Source: Candidatus Kerfeldbacteria bacterium RIFCSPLOWO2_02_FULL_42_19
GTDB lineage: Bacteria > Patescibacteriota > Patescibacteriia > HO2-48-17
DNA length: 64,000 bases
Reading direction: 5' to 3'
Assembly: GCA_001818315.1 (NCBI GenBank)
Contig: MHKF01000012.1
Span: forward strand, 23,976 to 87,975
In this document: positions 23,644-34,645 of the stretch, one piece after another
Numbering within the stretch: position 1 is the first letter of the stretch
Layout: each line of letters begins with the position of its first letter
Position numbers and translations under genes: made by a program
The notes under the pieces: generated by a model
Told to the model about the DNA's origin: nothing
The model's database searches: none
The model's input: only the letters and a program-made list of their open reading frames with translations

Positions 23644-24528
23644 CTATGAGATTGGTCCTTTGAGAAGACCGAGGCTTAAGCCTGCGAGAACACAGCGTGC
23701 GAACATGCCATTGGTGTTTTTCAGCACGTGTCCCTCCGGACCCCAGAGGTCGGAGGCGGGAATGATCACTGGATAGGATTTCATTTCCCTGATGTCTGGA
23801 TTGACCACTTGGCCTACCTTGATCTTTGCAGCTGCCGGTTCTTTGATGAGGGCGAGGTAGAGCGTCGGCATGTTGTTTGTGAGGCCAGGATCCACGTGGA
23901 TTGGACCGATATCAATTACTTCCTCGACATCCTCGGGACCGAGTCCGATCTCCTCGCTTGTCTCGCGCAGGAAGCCAGAGATTTTTTTGCTGAAGTCCTG
24001 GGGGCTGAAAAAGAATCCGCCTGGCAGATCGTACAGTGATTGTCCAGCGGCAAACGAGTTGGCCACTGAGAGTATGAGGTGTGTTGTTTCTCCCTCGCTG
24101 CGTACCAGAACGAGTCCTTTGCTGCCTGAGTATGGACCTTGCCGCCAGCTGAAGAACTGGTAGCGAAACCGGAAGTCATCATCCAGTCGCTTCACGCCAA
24201 ACTGGACGAAGATGCCATAGACGCGTTCTGCCGGAATGCCAAGATAGGTCATTTCCTCGATTGAAACGCCGCCGATGATTGTCGGGCGATGTGCCAAATG
24301 TTGCAAAAATCCTATGCAGTCATTAGCATCGCGCAGTTCGAAGAGTCCCAGCAGCTGAGCTTGGATCACCGGTGAACTCTTCTTAAACCAGTCCTTTTCC
24401 AGGATGGTTTTTCGGGTTTCCAGTCGGATGATTTCCGCATCTTTTGACCCTTGTGTTGGAGGAAGGTACTGTGCACGTATGATTTGCGCGGTTTCCTCAC
24501 ATGCTTGTTTCAGTTGTGTAATGTTCAT
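23644..24528 (-). CDS. Divergent NUDIX-fold protein with N-terminal extension
   Basis: LPGG..FLRETSEEIGL variant Nudix box, VDPGLT; SD GGAGG. Confidence 0.7.
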   Translation of the reverse strand: MNITQLKQACEETAQIIRAQYLPPTQGSKDAEIIRLETRKTILEKDWFKKSSPVIQAQLLGLFELRDANDCIGFLQHLAHRPTIIGGVSIEEMTYLGIPAERVYGIFVQFGVKRLDDDFRFRYQFFSWRQGPYSGSKGLVLVRSEGETTHLILSVANSFAAGQSLYDLPGGFFFSPQDFSKKISGFLRETSEEIGLGPEDVEEVIDIGPIHVDPGLTNNMPTLYLALIKEPAAAKIKVGQVVNPDIREMKSYPVIIPASDLWGPEGHVLKNTNGMFARCVLAGLSLGLLKGPIS

Positions 24529-24666
24529 TGAAAACCTCCGTGATGTTGATGTGTCCCGACGGTTTGTCGGGGCGGTTTCTGTTTCAAGCGCCTATACTTT
24601 ATAAGCAAAGTTTTTTTTCGTCAAGAGCTGGAGTACCTCATGAATCTCCTACGATTTTTTGCTCAT

Positions 24667-24813
24667 TTTTAACTATAGAAAAAGAGGAGGAAGACTTCTC
24701 CTTTCTCAGCACACTGTGCAGTGTCAGTGCTTCGAAAGCGAGAGTCATTCCCCTCTTTTTCTATAGTTAAAACTCATGTTTCACAGACGAAAGCGTATTC
24801 GGCGCCAGACCCT
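24667..24813. mobile_element. MITE-like element, hairpin-cargo type (copy 3)
   Basis: ~33-bp inverted arms around the conserved core; end GTATTCGGCGCCAGACCCT; other end not recognisable. Confidence 0.75.
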
Positions 24814-24848
24814 TGTTGTAGTGATGTTCAGTAGAGAGGCGACTGTTT

Positions 24849-25448
24849 CTATGTTTTGTTACTTTTATTTTTTTTACTCTTCTCCTGTAACTGTGGCTTC
24901 ATCCGTCCTTCTTTTTCTAAACGATCGACCGCTGCTCTCCACTGTGCCGATGCTTGATCTATGTCATCACTTGGCGATATTAATGGTTTATTTTCTGTTT
25001 CTTTTTCGTAAGCTTCGAGTTCCTTTTTAACAATTTCAAATTCTGGATCGTATTTTTTTTCACGACTTTCTTGTGTGATTTTCCCTTCTCTTTCTAAACG
25101 ATTCACCGTTTCTCTCCAACGAGCTGACTCCGCGTTTATTTCTTCCATACTCACAGGTTCTCGTTTTGTTTTACGTCCTTTTTCTTCTTGCTTCATCTCT
25201 TCCAGAATTTCTTGTCGCACTTTTTCAATTTCGGATTGCCTGTGCACTTCTTCTTGCATTTTTTCTTGCTGCAATTTTATATTTTTCGCTCGTGTTTTTG
25301 TTTCCCATCCCTTCATTTGACTTCGCATTTTTGAGAGTATCGTTGTATCAGCTTCGCTTTCGGGAGCGAGATTTTCTTCGTCGAGCGGCGGAATGTCTGT
25401 TTCAACTGATTCGGTTTCGGGAATTTGACGTTTTGGTTTTTCTGGCAT
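24849..25448 (-). CDS. Hypothetical charged helical protein with internal repeat
   Basis: E/K-rich 199-aa ORF with two SAxWRxxVxRLExEG motifs. Confidence 0.7.
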   Translation of the reverse strand: MPEKPKRQIPETESVETDIPPLDEENLAPESEADTTILSKMRSQMKGWETKTRAKNIKLQQEKMQEEVHRQSEIEKVRQEILEEMKQEEKGRKTKREPVSMEEINAESARWRETVNRLEREGKITQESREKKYDPEFEIVKKELEAYEKETENKPLISPSDDIDQASAQWRAAVDRLEKEGRMKPQLQEKSKKNKSNKT

Positions 25449-25519
25449 ACATTTTGAATTACTGGTAATCTCCCTTCAGATTATCACATTTTGTTGAGTA
25501 TCACCAAGGAGGTGTCGAA

Positions 25520-25804
25520 ATGTCTGAATTTTTTGAGCTTCACCAAGAAGCTTATAGACGCGGGAGAAAATACTATCTTCAGGGTAATCTCGGTCAAGCT
25601 CGAGTGTTCTTTGTGAAAGCTATCGAGATATTTCCGCAAGGACTCGAGGCGTGGTACGGACTTGCGTTGTGTTATGAATGCGACGTGAGTTTACCGGACG
25701 CGCGTCTGCAATGGGCGCGTGTGATTTATAACAATCTTGCGGGGTTTCAACACGAAGGGGGTAAGCAAGGTCTCGTTCGACTACAATCTAAAGAGGGGCT
25801 ATGA
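25520..25804 (+). CDS. Small TPR-like protein
   Basis: SD AAGGAGGTG; YRRGRKYYLQGNLGQARVFFVKAIEIFPQGLEAWYGLA TPR pattern. Confidence 0.75.
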   Translation: MSEFFELHQEAYRRGRKYYLQGNLGQARVFFVKAIEIFPQGLEAWYGLALCYECDVSLPDARLQWARVIYNNLAGFQHEGGKQGLVRLQSKEGL

Positions 25805-25876
25805 TGTGATAACATCGAGGTCCCTCGTACTGTTTTGTTCGAATGACTGCATATAATTTTTCGTTGCGAAATTTTA

Positions 25877-25893
25877 AATCGGCGACAGTCCCA
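25877..25893. repeat. Solo/degenerate TIR of the MITE family
   Basis: AATCGGCGACAGTCCC matches the right-end consensus. Confidence 0.55.
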
Positions 25894-25930
25894 ATTAAGG
25901 AGAAATAATATGAGGGAATACATCTATCAT

Positions 25931-27316
25931 TTATTCGAAGTCAAGTTTATTATGCGCGTGATGGATATATTTCCATTCTTTGAACCACAGGCCGATGATC
26001 AACCAAAAAATGAGTATGCCGCTCGTAAGCGTCCAGAAATAGTGATCGAAGGATCCTAAGAATATCACGAGCGCAGCGTTGAGAGTCATCGGTAAAAATA
26101 ACATACTTCGTTTCGCATGTTCTGCGTATTCTCTATACGGAGCGTGATGAGAGGTATATTGTGCGAGACTGATTCCAATCGTGATCAAAAGTATTATGTA
26201 TGCTAGTAGACCGAAAATGCCAATTTCAATCAGGATTATAAGTGGTACGTAATGCACCGGTTGATACCACCAGCCGGGTTGAGTATCGTCGATTTTTTTG
26301 TATACCGCATAGGTGTACGTTCCAAGACCAACTCCGAAAATCCATTGGTCGTCGTGGAGGAGTTGCAATGCTTGTGTGGTATAGAGTTTTCGAGTTTCTT
26401 GTGATTGTTGTTCGAGTCGCGCGTTACTTGCGAGGCGTGAAAATACTATTTCTGAGCTGCTTGCGATGAGAGTGAGGAATAGAAAAAGTATAATGCCAAT
26501 CCATTTCCATTGCCTCGCGCGATAGTGTGTATGACTTGTTGCGATTCCTGCTATGAGGAGTCCAAAGAGCAGAGCAAGCCAAGCGCTTCGTGAGAATGTC
26601 AAAAAAATTCCGAGAGTGATTATGAGACTGCCAACTGTAACTATGAATCTTTTTTTGATACTACCGCTTGTCATGACGAGTGCGCTTCCGGCAAAGAGCG
26701 TGATGAGCAGCCAGCCGGCGAGCATATTAGGATGTGGAAAAGAACCGTAACTTCGCAGGAGTCGGTATTGGCTTGTTTCGATGACACTGACGCCATGCGT
26801 GAGCGGCGATTGCGCGGCAAGACCGAGCCATTTTGTTTCTGGAACTTCTTGCATGGCAAATTGTATGTAAGCAAAGATGCTTTGGAATACGCCGGCAGCA
26901 AGGAGCGCCCAGAGAATTTTTTTGGTATGGATGTGTGACTGCTGCAGAATACCAACGAGTATCAGCCCTTCCATCAATCGTAGCCAGGCATATCCGCTGA
27001 GTTTGGAATCAAGACTCCATGTCAATGAAAAGAAGCCAATCACTGCCAAAAGCATGAATACAATAATGAGCGCGCTGTGAGGAGCATGCGGAATGGATCG
27101 GTCGTTGGTTGTTTTTTTATATTGAGCGTGACTTATGAGCCATGTCGTGAGGATGAGAAAAAAAAGAATATCAATGGCATAGAGGCTGAAGCTGCCGTAT
27201 TCCCATAGTTCATTATTCAATGTGCCTTGTGTGAGCATCCATCGCGTTTGCAAAGGCAGCAGAAATACAAAAACATATACGAGCATTGAAAGAAATGTAG
27301 ATAAGCGATGTCGCAT
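25931..27316 (-). CDS. O-antigen ligase/Wzy_C family membrane protein
   Basis: Multi-TM; RSYGSFPHPNMLAG, TFSRSAW, GVGLG, PVH motifs. Confidence 0.88.
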   Translation of the reverse strand: MRHRLSTFLSMLVYVFVFLLPLQTRWMLTQGTLNNELWEYGSFSLYAIDILFFLILTTWLISHAQYKKTTNDRSIPHAPHSALIIVFMLLAVIGFFSLTWSLDSKLSGYAWLRLMEGLILVGILQQSHIHTKKILWALLAAGVFQSIFAYIQFAMQEVPETKWLGLAAQSPLTHGVSVIETSQYRLLRSYGSFPHPNMLAGWLLITLFAGSALVMTSGSIKKRFIVTVGSLIITLGIFLTFSRSAWLALLFGLLIAGIATSHTHYRARQWKWIGIILFLFLTLIASSSEIVFSRLASNARLEQQSQETRKLYTTQALQLLHDDQWIFGVGLGTYTYAVYKKIDDTQPGWWYQPVHYVPLIILIEIGIFGLLAYIILLITIGISLAQYTSHHAPYREYAEHAKRSMLFLPMTLNAALVIFLGSFDHYFWTLTSGILIFWLIIGLWFKEWKYIHHAHNKLDFE

Positions 27317-27346
27317 TCTCTAATGCGTTACGAGATTTTTTTCTTT

Positions 27347-28363
27347 CTATACAGGATGTGCTTTGGCTGGAGCATGATCGGATTTCGTTACCCACAATCT
27401 CATATACTTTTGCATGCCGGATTGTCGCATGATTGTCCGTTTTTGATAGTCCTCAATTTTCTTTTGCCAGATTTGTTGGATAGCGAGACGCTGATCATGT
27501 GCATGGAGTTTGATCAGGGTATCGTTTATTACAACACGTGTATCCGGTGCATCCGCAAGTTTTTTGAGAATCCCAGGCAATATCCATTGTTGAATTTTTC
27601 TGAGGGAGGGTTCATGACTCAAGAGCTTTGTGAGTGAATGTATGAATGGAAGTCGCAACGCTTTGAGGAGACGCGATGACACGGTGATGATCGGTTCGAA
27701 ATTTGGCAGGTAGTCTGTAATCCATTGATTGGCATCTATAAAAGTTTCGTATTGTTGATTTTGGTTGTGGATCGGCAACATGGTAGCGACCCAGTAGATA
27801 AAGTTGATGTCTGGCGAGGTAATACGTTCGTTCGTGAGATTGAAGTGTTCTGGCGTCGTGTAAAAACAAAGACAGATTTTGTCTTTTTTTTCAACATGAT
27901 GCTGTGAAATTTTTGGACGGAGTTTGAGTAGTTTTGCTGGAAGTGTTGCGAAGAATCGTGTGGACCACAACTTGCCGGAGCTTGTGAGAATCGCAATATC
28001 AAGATCGCTGTCTTCGTGAGCATTGTGGATCGCAACTGAATTCGTTATTAATATTGCTTCAACATATGGAAGACTTGCAAGAAAGCGCAGGTATCTTTGC
28101 CTTTTACGTAATTTTTTTTCTGTGATCACGTGACGTCGCAGTCGTGTGTGTACGATTTTCGAGCGACCCTTCAGGTGATACATTCCAAACGTATTTTCAA
28201 TTTCTGGATGTTGTTCGAGTCCTGCAAATACCTCTGGAATACTTGCTTTGTTTTGCCAGAGCCATTGATGTGTTTCAAGGAGGGTTAATGGATACTCAGA
28301 GAGATCAAAATAATTGAGCGTTGCGTAGAGAGCTTCTTCAAGTTGTGTCTTTGTTTGCGGCAT
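27347..28363 (-). CDS. Nucleotidyltransferase-fold protein
   Basis: N-terminal YFDLSEYPLT; NSVA..HEDSDLDI (DxD) Pol-beta-like motif. Confidence 0.65.
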   Translation of the reverse strand: MPQTKTQLEEALYATLNYFDLSEYPLTLLETHQWLWQNKASIPEVFAGLEQHPEIENTFGMYHLKGRSKIVHTRLRRHVITEKKLRKRQRYLRFLASLPYVEAILITNSVAIHNAHEDSDLDIAILTSSGKLWSTRFFATLPAKLLKLRPKISQHHVEKKDKICLCFYTTPEHFNLTNERITSPDINFIYWVATMLPIHNQNQQYETFIDANQWITDYLPNFEPIITVSSRLLKALRLPFIHSLTKLLSHEPSLRKIQQWILPGILKKLADAPDTRVVINDTLIKLHAHDQRLAIQQIWQKKIEDYQKRTIMRQSGMQKYMRLWVTKSDHAPAKAHPV

Positions 28364-28411
28364 AAGATTTTTTTTCTTATGCTCAGTATAGCATACATTT
28401 GATTCATTTTT

Positions 28412-31297
28412 TTATTTATTTGGCAATATTCGTACGGTCTTCTTTGATTGAATACTTTTTTTCAAGAATTGGCCGGTGTAGCTTTTTTTGATGCGTGCGA
28501 TATCTCTGGGTGTGCCTTCGGCTACGATGTATCCGCCACGATCGCCGCCTTCAGGACCGAGGTCGATAACCCAATCGGTTGATCTAATCACATCCAAATT
28601 GTGTTCGATGATGAGCACGGTATTTCCTTTATTGACGAGTTGATGTAAGACCGATAGGAGGCGTTTGACGTCTTCAAAGTGGAGTCCAGTCGTGGGTTCG
28701 TCCAGAATGTAGAGCGTTTTTCCTGTGGATCTGCGGGAGAGCTCGGTTGCGAGTTTGACGCGCTGTGCTTCGCCGCCCGACAGTGTCGTCGCGTTTTGTC
28801 CTAATTGGAGGTATCCAAGTCCTACATCAAACAGCGTTTTGAGTTTTTGATAGATCAGAGGGATGTTACTAAAAAATTGCATCGCTTCTTCCACCGTCAT
28901 TGTGAGGATGTCGGCGATATTTTGATTCTTGTAGTGGATTTCGAGCACCTGTTCATTGAAGCGCTTGCCGTGACATTCATCGCATTCGACATACACATCT
29001 GGAAGAAAATGCATTTCGATTCTCGTGACGCCGTCGCCCTGGCAGGCTTCGCAGCGACCGCCGCGGACGTTAAAACTAAAACGTCCCGCTTTATAGCCTC
29101 GCATTTTCGCTTCCGGAAGCTCGGTAAACAGATCGCGAATAGGAGTAAAGACGCCGGTGTATGTTGCTGCGTTGGAACGCGGCGTGCGACCAATGGGTGA
29201 TTGATCAATGTTGATGACTTTATCGATGTGTTCAATGCCTTTAATAGTTTTGTGTTTGCCCGGCAGATCTTTCGCGTTGTAAAAATAACGGTTCAGAGCT
29301 TTCGCGAGGATTTCCGTCATCAACGTGGATTTTCCTGAACCCGAAACACCCGTGATGCACACGAATTTTCCGAGCGGAATCCGCACCGTGATATTTTTCA
29401 AATTAAATTCTTCCGCGTTTTCGATCACGAGCATTTTGTTGTTACCTTTTCGATAGCGCGTCGGCGCTTCAATAGCAATTTTTCCTGCGAGATATTTTCC
29501 GGTAAGCGATTTTTTATTTTTCGCAACTTCACGCGGTGTGCCTTGCGCAACGATTGCGCCGCCATGTTTTCCAGCACCCGGACCGATGTCAATAATATGA
29601 TTCGCTGCCCACATCGTTTCTTCATCGTGTTCCACAACGATGACGGTGTTTCCAAGATCGCGTAGGGTTTTAAGTGTGTTGATGAGCTTAGCGTTATCGC
29701 GTTGATGGAGCCCAATACTGGGTTCGTCCAGAATGTAAATAACGCCTACGAGGGATGAACCGATCTGTGTCGCAAGTCGAATTCTCTGTGATTCGCCGCC
29801 AGAGAGTGTTGCTGCTCCACGGTCGAGTGTTAGATAATCTAAACCTACGTTGTGGAGAAATCCAAGACGCGCTTTGATTTCTTTCAGGACTTGCGCAGCA
29901 ATTATTTTTTGTCTCTCGGTAAGCGTTTTTGGTAATTGCTCGAAAAATCGTTGTGCTTGTTCGATGCTCATGCTATTCACATCCGCAATAGACTTGCTGT
30001 GAATGAGTACGCTTGATGCCGTAGTATTGAGGCGTGTCCCTTTACATTGCTCGCATCGATACGAACGCATGTAGCTTTCGATTTCGGATCGGATATATTC
30101 TGATTCCGTTTCTTTGTAGCGGCGTTCTAAATTGGGGATGACACCTTCGTATGCGGTGACGTATTCTTTAATTTTGCTTGTGCCAAATTCGTTATTGACA
30201 TTATACAGCGTTTCGCCGGTGCCGTAGAGAACGAGTTCGATGTGATTTTTTGTAAGATCTTTGATAGCAGTGCGGATCGAGAATTCATTTTTTTTTGCAA
30301 CAGCATCCACGATGCGGAGCATCCATGTTTGATTGGCTGCCGTGCGTGACCAAGGTCGAATCGCGCCCTCTGCAATGCTCAAATTTTTATTCGGAATAAT
30401 GAGCTCTGGATCGACTTCGAGTCTGGTTCCAAGGCCCGTACATTCTGGGCATGCGCCGTGTGGACTATTAAATGAAAAGCTTCGCGGTTCTATTTCCGGC
30501 AAGTTGAGTCCACATCGTGTGCATGCAAAATGTTGACTGAACAGTTTGTCTTTTTCATGGGTGGCGTCGTGGACGATCGCAAGCCCATTGCCAAGTTCCA
30601 GTACGGTTTCAAGCGAATCGCGGAGTCTGCCGCGTTTTCCACGCAATTCCGGCGACATTGTGAGGCGATCGACGACAACGTCGATGTTATGCTTTTTTTG
30701 TTTTTCAAGATCAAGATCGAGCGCTTCTTCGATACTCATGAGTATGTTATCGACACGAACGCGTGTGAATCCGCTTTTTCGCGCTTCTTCAAAGATGTGT
30801 TTATGTTCACCTTTTTTATCGTGGACAATCGGGGCTATCAGCATGATTTTCGTTTCAATAGCGAGCTTGCCGATTGTTTCGATGATTTGTTCGATGGTTT
30901 GTTTGAGAACCGGAATGTGACAGTTCGGACAATGCGGTGTGCCGATGCGCGCAAACAATAAACGCAGATAGTCGTGGATTTCTGTGACAGTGCCTACAGT
31001 TGAGCGTGGATTATGCGACGTGCTTTTTTGGTCGATGGAAATTGCCGGAGAAAGGCCTTCGATGCTATCAACATCGGGTTTATCCATGAGGCCAAGAAAC
31101 TGTCGTGCGTATGCGGATAGGCTTTCCACGTAACGACGTTGACCCTCAGCGTAAATTGTGTCGAATGCCAACGAAGATTTTCCTGAACCTGAAAGGCCCG
31201 TCATGACGACGAGCTTGTTTCTTGGGATAGTGACATCTATGTTTTTAAGATTGTGGACGCGCGCGCCTTTGATGACAATATTTTCGGTTGAGTGCAT
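28412..31297 (-). CDS. uvrA: Excinuclease ABC subunit A
   Basis: Two ABC cassettes ([23 protein letters not shown]), Zn fingers. Confidence 0.99.
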   Translation of the reverse strand: MHSTENIVIKGARVHNLKNIDVTIPRNKLVVMTGLSGSGKSSLAFDTIYAEGQRRYVESLSAYARQFLGLMDKPDVDSIEGLSPAISIDQKSTSHNPRSTVGTVTEIHDYLRLLFARIGTPHCPNCHIPVLKQTIEQIIETIGKLAIETKIMLIAPIVHDKKGEHKHIFEEARKSGFTRVRVDNILMSIEEALDLDLEKQKKHNIDVVVDRLTMSPELRGKRGRLRDSLETVLELGNGLAIVHDATHEKDKLFSQHFACTRCGLNLPEIEPRSFSFNSPHGACPECTGLGTRLEVDPELIIPNKNLSIAEGAIRPWSRTAANQTWMLRIVDAVAKKNEFSIRTAIKDLTKNHIELVLYGTGETLYNVNNEFGTSKIKEYVTAYEGVIPNLERRYKETESEYIRSEIESYMRSYRCEQCKGTRLNTTASSVLIHSKSIADVNSMSIEQAQRFFEQLPKTLTERQKIIAAQVLKEIKARLGFLHNVGLDYLTLDRGAATLSGGESQRIRLATQIGSSLVGVIYILDEPSIGLHQRDNAKLINTLKTLRDLGNTVIVVEHDEETMWAANHIIDIGPGAGKHGGAIVAQGTPREVAKNKKSLTGKYLAGKIAIEAPTRYRKGNNKMLVIENAEEFNLKNITVRIPLGKFVCITGVSGSGKSTLMTEILAKALNRYFYNAKDLPGKHKTIKGIEHIDKVINIDQSPIGRTPRSNAATYTGVFTPIRDLFTELPEAKMRGYKAGRFSFNVRGGRCEACQGDGVTRIEMHFLPDVYVECDECHGKRFNEQVLEIHYKNQNIADILTMTVEEAMQFFSNIPLIYQKLKTLFDVGLGYLQLGQNATTLSGGEAQRVKLATELSRRSTGKTLYILDEPTTGLHFEDVKRLLSVLHQLVNKGNTVLIIEHNLDVIRSTDWVIDLGPEGGDRGGYIVAEGTPRDIARIKKSYTGQFLKKSIQSKKTVRILPNK

Positions 31298-31335
31298 ACA
31301 ACAATGAATCGCGTAGTTTTGGAAGAATCCAGCTT

Positions 31336-31364
31336 ATTATATTCGCAAACGCGCTTTGGGTCAA
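31336..31364 (-). promoter_or_regulatory. uvrA promoter
   Basis: TTGACC-17 bp-TATAAT. Confidence 0.75.
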
Positions 31365-31381
31365 CGTTCATAAAAAGCATT

Positions 31382-31415
31382 GTGACTCCGGAAGCGATAG
31401 TACGCTCGGAGTCAC
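31382..31415. terminator. Hairpin downstream of the 31505-31825 gene
   Basis: GTGACTCCG..AGCG..CGCT-CGGAGTCAC. Confidence 0.5.
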
Positions 31416-31504
31416 GTTGTGGAAAGGAGCTGTGTTTTTGGGTATGTCTCGAAACTTCTTGATTTTGTGATGGGTGTTTGTGAAGAAGCGGTCGTGACAC
31501 AGTA

Positions 31505-31825
31505 TTATTTCGTTTGACTGTTTGATGCAAGTATTATGTCGATATCTTCTGGAAACCCTTTGGCGAAAGAAAGTTCTACTGTGATGACGTCGTCGGATTT
31601 TTCATTTCCTGGCACTGCTTTTCCTTCCAGGAAATACCACTTTGAGTCTGGTTCTCCATCCTCTGTTGCATGTTTAACGATGTGTGCGTCTCTTTCGAGC
31701 AGCATCGCTGTTTGTTTCAAGAACTGAATCAGATCTTTCCTATTCGTATTCGCCAACCCACTTTCAAAGCGCAATGTTGTTATGATTCGCGACTTCAGCA
31801 TTTTGATACTCCTTATCATGAACAT
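31505..31825 (-). CDS. Hypothetical protein
   Basis: 106-aa ORF filling the spacer; TATAGT 6 nt before ATG. Confidence 0.6.
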   Translation of the reverse strand: MFMIRSIKMLKSRIITTLRFESGLANTNRKDLIQFLKQTAMLLERDAHIVKHATEDGEPDSKWYFLEGKAVPGNEKSDDVITVELSFAKGFPEDIDIILASNSQTK

Positions 31826-31992
31826 TCCCCCACTATATACTAGAGTGTTTTACGTTTGTGGTATCGTAGAGAATACATCGTAGTGTGTCAAATTTTGTGT
31901 CTCTTGCATAGCCGATGTTATAGTTTCAAGGAGTAGTCCACAATTGGTTTTGTTTCGGTTGTTTGATGTTTTTACCCTCTATCATTTTTTAT

Positions 31993-33360
31993 ATGTTTTC
32001 GTGGATTCAAAAGAATCAACTGACGCGTGGAGCGGCGATACTTTTTGTGACTGCTTTTGCAAGTTATTTTCTTGGGCTCGTGCGCGATCGGCTCCTTGCA
32101 CATACGTTTGGTGCAGGCGTGGAGCTTGATGTGTATAACGCAGCGTTTTTAGTGCCGGATCTTTTGTTGAATATTTTTGTTGCAGGTGCTTTGCAGGCAG
32201 CGTTTCTTCCTATTTTAGGGCAAGTTTTTGTGCAGCGCGGGAAAGAAACCGCTGATCGACTCGCGAGTACTATTTTGAATACCGCGCTTTTCACGATGTT
32301 GATATTGGGAGTCGTGAGTTTTATGTTGATACCGAAATTTTCTTTCGTACTTGCGCCTGGGTTTACAGCCGAGCAAAAGACGCTTCTTGTGACTCTCACG
32401 CGCCTTTTGCTTCTTTCACCTTTGATTTTCGCTGCGAGTAATACTTTCGGTGCCATGCTCGTGAGTCGTAAACGATATCTCGCGTACGGACTTTCGCCGG
32501 TGTTGTATAATTTTGGCATTATTCTTGGTGTGGCGGTGTTTGCGCGTTGGTTAGGAATTTTTGGTGTAGTAGTTGGAACGCTTCTTGGTGCTGTGTTGCA
32601 TCTTACGATTCGGTTGCTTGATGTGCGTTCGTTATCTTTTCAGTATCGTAAGTTTTTGCACTGGCAAGACCCTGCGTTTCGAAAAATTATTGAACTTATG
32701 ATTCCTAAAATGATTGGTCATCCTGCTGAACAGCTTACGTTTTTCGCCTTTACGACGGTCGCTTCGACACTTGCAGTGGGGAGTATCACGATGATGAATT
32801 TTGCGCGCAATTTTATGAGTGTTCCCGTGAGTTTGTTTGGTATTGCGTTTGCAACGGCTACGTTTCCTCTGTTAGCAGAAGCGCGTGCTTCTTTACAACG
32901 AGAGCAATTCTGGCAGTATGTGCGCGACGGTGCCCGAAAGATTTTGTATTTCACGATACCTTCTGCGGTTGTATTTGCATTATTCAGTAGTGTGATTGTT
33001 CGTAGTTTTCTTGGCAGCGGGAAGTTTGATGCATCGGCGGTCACGGGCACGGCAATGCTCTTGAGTATTTTTGCTTTGAGCGTTCCTCTTGAGAGTATTG
33101 CGCATTTGCTCGCGCGTAGTTTTTACGCACTGCAGAATACTTGGTTTCCGGTACTTTGTTCTCTTATCGGATTTGGTGTTGCGAGCGGTGTTGCGGCGAT
33201 ATTAGCAAAGCAGTTGGGCCTTTCATCGCTTGGCTGGGGATTTTTTGTCGGGAGTATATCGAAAGTGTTGTTATTGATTTTTGTCCTGCGGTATCGATTT
33301 CACCGAGCGTTTGCCGTCGCGACGGCTGTGGACAAAAATGGTATTGACACACTACCATGA
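31993..33360 (+). CDS. murJ: Lipid II flippase MurJ
   Basis: LGLVRD..FGAG..DVYNAAF.VPD, AAFLP, RSFYALQNT motifs; ATG at 31993. Confidence 0.93.
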   Translation: MFSWIQKNQLTRGAAILFVTAFASYFLGLVRDRLLAHTFGAGVELDVYNAAFLVPDLLLNIFVAGALQAAFLPILGQVFVQRGKETADRLASTILNTALFTMLILGVVSFMLIPKFSFVLAPGFTAEQKTLLVTLTRLLLLSPLIFAASNTFGAMLVSRKRYLAYGLSPVLYNFGIILGVAVFARWLGIFGVVVGTLLGAVLHLTIRLLDVRSLSFQYRKFLHWQDPAFRKIIELMIPKMIGHPAEQLTFFAFTTVASTLAVGSITMMNFARNFMSVPVSLFGIAFATATFPLLAEARASLQREQFWQYVRDGARKILYFTIPSAVVFALFSSVIVRSFLGSGKFDASAVTGTAMLLSIFALSVPLESIAHLLARSFYALQNTWFPVLCSLIGFGVASGVAAILAKQLGLSSLGWGFFVGSISKVLLLIFVLRYRFHRAFAVATAVDKNGIDTLP

Positions 33361-33503
33361 GATGCTACGATGAAATCACAAAGACGATGGTCGTCTTCGT
33401 AAAGAATTCTTATGATGAGGATTCTTTCTCTGACGCTCTTTTCATTTCCCAAACCCTGATACGCTTCATCACCCATTGAAGCGTATCGCAAAAGGAGTAA
33501 ACC

Positions 33504-34466
33504 ATGAAAAAACATGGGATGATTTCAGTGGGAATGATAACGTTCCTGCTGCTCTGCGGAGCTGCTCTCCTTCCCCTCAAAAAGGCTCATCTCGAATCCT
33601 GTGAAAGACGGGATGGGCTGTGTTTCAACCTCGAGGAGATCGTGCAGAACGGCGATCTAAGGACTGTTGCGAAGCGTGCTGATTTCGATGCTCTTGTGAC
33701 ACTCAAACCGCACGGAGAGCTCTTCGGCTTCGAACGCGATGGGATTCTCTCTCTGTATTCTCTTCTTGCCGATTTGCGTGAAGGTGATCGTGTAAGAGGA
33801 GTCCGGTACTACGCGGACGAGACATACTTTGAGTTTCTTTTCACGATTGGGGGAGAACTTCTCGCGGCAAACGAGATACTTTATCCATGGATTCTCAAAG
33901 AGAAGGTGAAAAAACTCGATGATGAGGCTGCGGAGAATCCACCAACGGATTCGGGGGATGAAGCGCAGGGCATGAGCGCGGCTGCCAGTTGTACCGCCAC
34001 TTTCAAATTCCCGTATCAGGATGAAAATCCGAATGTCCTGACATCCTATGTCTGGCACCTCGAAACCGTGAAGTATGCTGGTGACTTCAACTGGGGCGCA
34101 GGAAACGCTGACTGCTGGCTTTCTGTTCTAAACTCTGCTCGTGGTATCGTGTGGAGTGCGGGCTGGCTTGGTAACTATGGCTGGCAGGTGCAGATGGGGC
34201 ATGTCTCTCCCTACTGGACCCGGGTGGCTCATGGTATGACTGATCCCAATAACTTCATCAGTCCGGGAAACGATCTTCTCCAGGGAACCTTCCTCATGAA
34301 CCGAGGTTCCACGGGAAAGTCTTCCGGCTGCCACACCCACCTTGAGTTCTGGAGGGGTAACACATCTACATCTTTCAACGGCTTTTCCTGCTACCCACAG
34401 GTTGCGCAGGGAGGAACCTATCGTTCGTATCAGACGTATGTCCGGCCTCCAAAGGGTAATCCATAA
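33504..34466 (+). CDS. Secreted M23-family metallopeptidase with probable pro-region
   Basis: Signal peptide; H-x8-D (HLETVKYAGD), VAH, GSTGKSSGCHTHLE (HxH); SD AAGGAG. Confidence 0.8.
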   Translation: MKKHGMISVGMITFLLLCGAALLPLKKAHLESCERRDGLCFNLEEIVQNGDLRTVAKRADFDALVTLKPHGELFGFERDGILSLYSLLADLREGDRVRGVRYYADETYFEFLFTIGGELLAANEILYPWILKEKVKKLDDEAAENPPTDSGDEAQGMSAAASCTATFKFPYQDENPNVLTSYVWHLETVKYAGDFNWGAGNADCWLSVLNSARGIVWSAGWLGNYGWQVQMGHVSPYWTRVAHGMTDPNNFISPGNDLLQGTFLMNRGSTGKSSGCHTHLEFWRGNTSTSFNGFSCYPQVAQGGTYRSYQTYVRPPKGNP

Positions 34467-34645
34467 CCCTTTATTTGCACATTGTCTCTTTCTGAAAAAA
34501 CAGGGGAAGTGTCTTACGACGCTTCTCCTTCCTTTCTTTTCATAAAAAATGTTACCATGAATAGGTCCGTTACTCTTGAAGAACCAACAATACAATAATT
34601 TATTTCATCTCCAAGCAGCAAGTCGCGGCGAATAATTAAAACCTG

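Noticed and set aside
24667-24772. Hairpin as an integron attC site (TAAC..GTTA ends)
   Set aside because: AAC/GTT ends are missing in copies 5 and 6, copies are dispersed rather than arrayed, and no intI is present
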